NCBI GenBank assembly: GCA_018985225.1 | Contig: JADGIF010000043.1 | Span: 1 to 28,780, forward strand | DNA length: 28,780 bases | Direction: 5' to 3' | Source of the DNA: Amoeboradix gromovi X-113 | Lineage: Eukaryota; Fungi; Sanchytriomycota | Translations under genes and position numbers: made by a program | The notes under the pieces: model-generated | The model's database searches: none | What the model saw: only the letters and a program-made list of their open reading frames with translations | What the model was told of the DNA's origin: nothing | In this document: in pieces, positions 28,684 to 28,780 of the stretch | Layout of the letters: the number at the start of each line of letters is the position of its first letter | How positions within the stretch are numbered: position 1 is the stretch's first letter

Positions 28684-28780
28684 GGGACACCAAATATAAA
28701 AACTAGACTAACTCGTCTTCAAAGGAGGTGCCCCATAAGGAAAAAATTAATTAAGTCCTTCTTCTTTCATTAAGGTCATT
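28684..28780 (+). mobile_element. MITE family M1, copy 4 (5' part, runs off the window)
   Basis: GGGACACCAAATATAAAAACTAGAC...AAAGGAGGTGCCCCATAAGGA...CTTCTTCTTTCATTAA; left flank AGTT. Confidence 0.88.

Overview
AT-rich, gene-dense eukaryotic DNA read with the standard genetic code. It most likely comes from a fast-evolving, flagellate-derived early-diverging fungus or close relative; this is inferred from fused GLT1, an HMT1-type ABC transporter, Src1/Man1-like and fungal-type PPR genes, a fungal-type 5S 5' end and a DRC7-like axonemal gene. There are eleven protein genes: RluA/RIB2-type pseudouridine synthase, XMAP215/TOG, DRC7-like, GLT1, Man1/Src1-C, ABCB6/HMT1, PPR, TRM11, SF3B2/Cus1, an orphan Cys-rich membrane protein and ACAD8. 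The standout feature is three ultra-short GT-AG introns of 20, 19 and 21 nt that the ORF track misses. All follow GTA...CTAA-NN-YAG, with the putative branch A exactly 6 nt from the 3' end, and removing each restores the reading frame. The gene blocks are very tight (26 bp between divergent ATGs; AATAAA at or near 9 of 11 stops). They alternate with repeat islands holding four copies of a GGG...CCC MITE with 4-bp ANNT flanks (Sola-like), an internally deleted 5S rRNA copy and a ~390-bp degenerate dispersed repeat.
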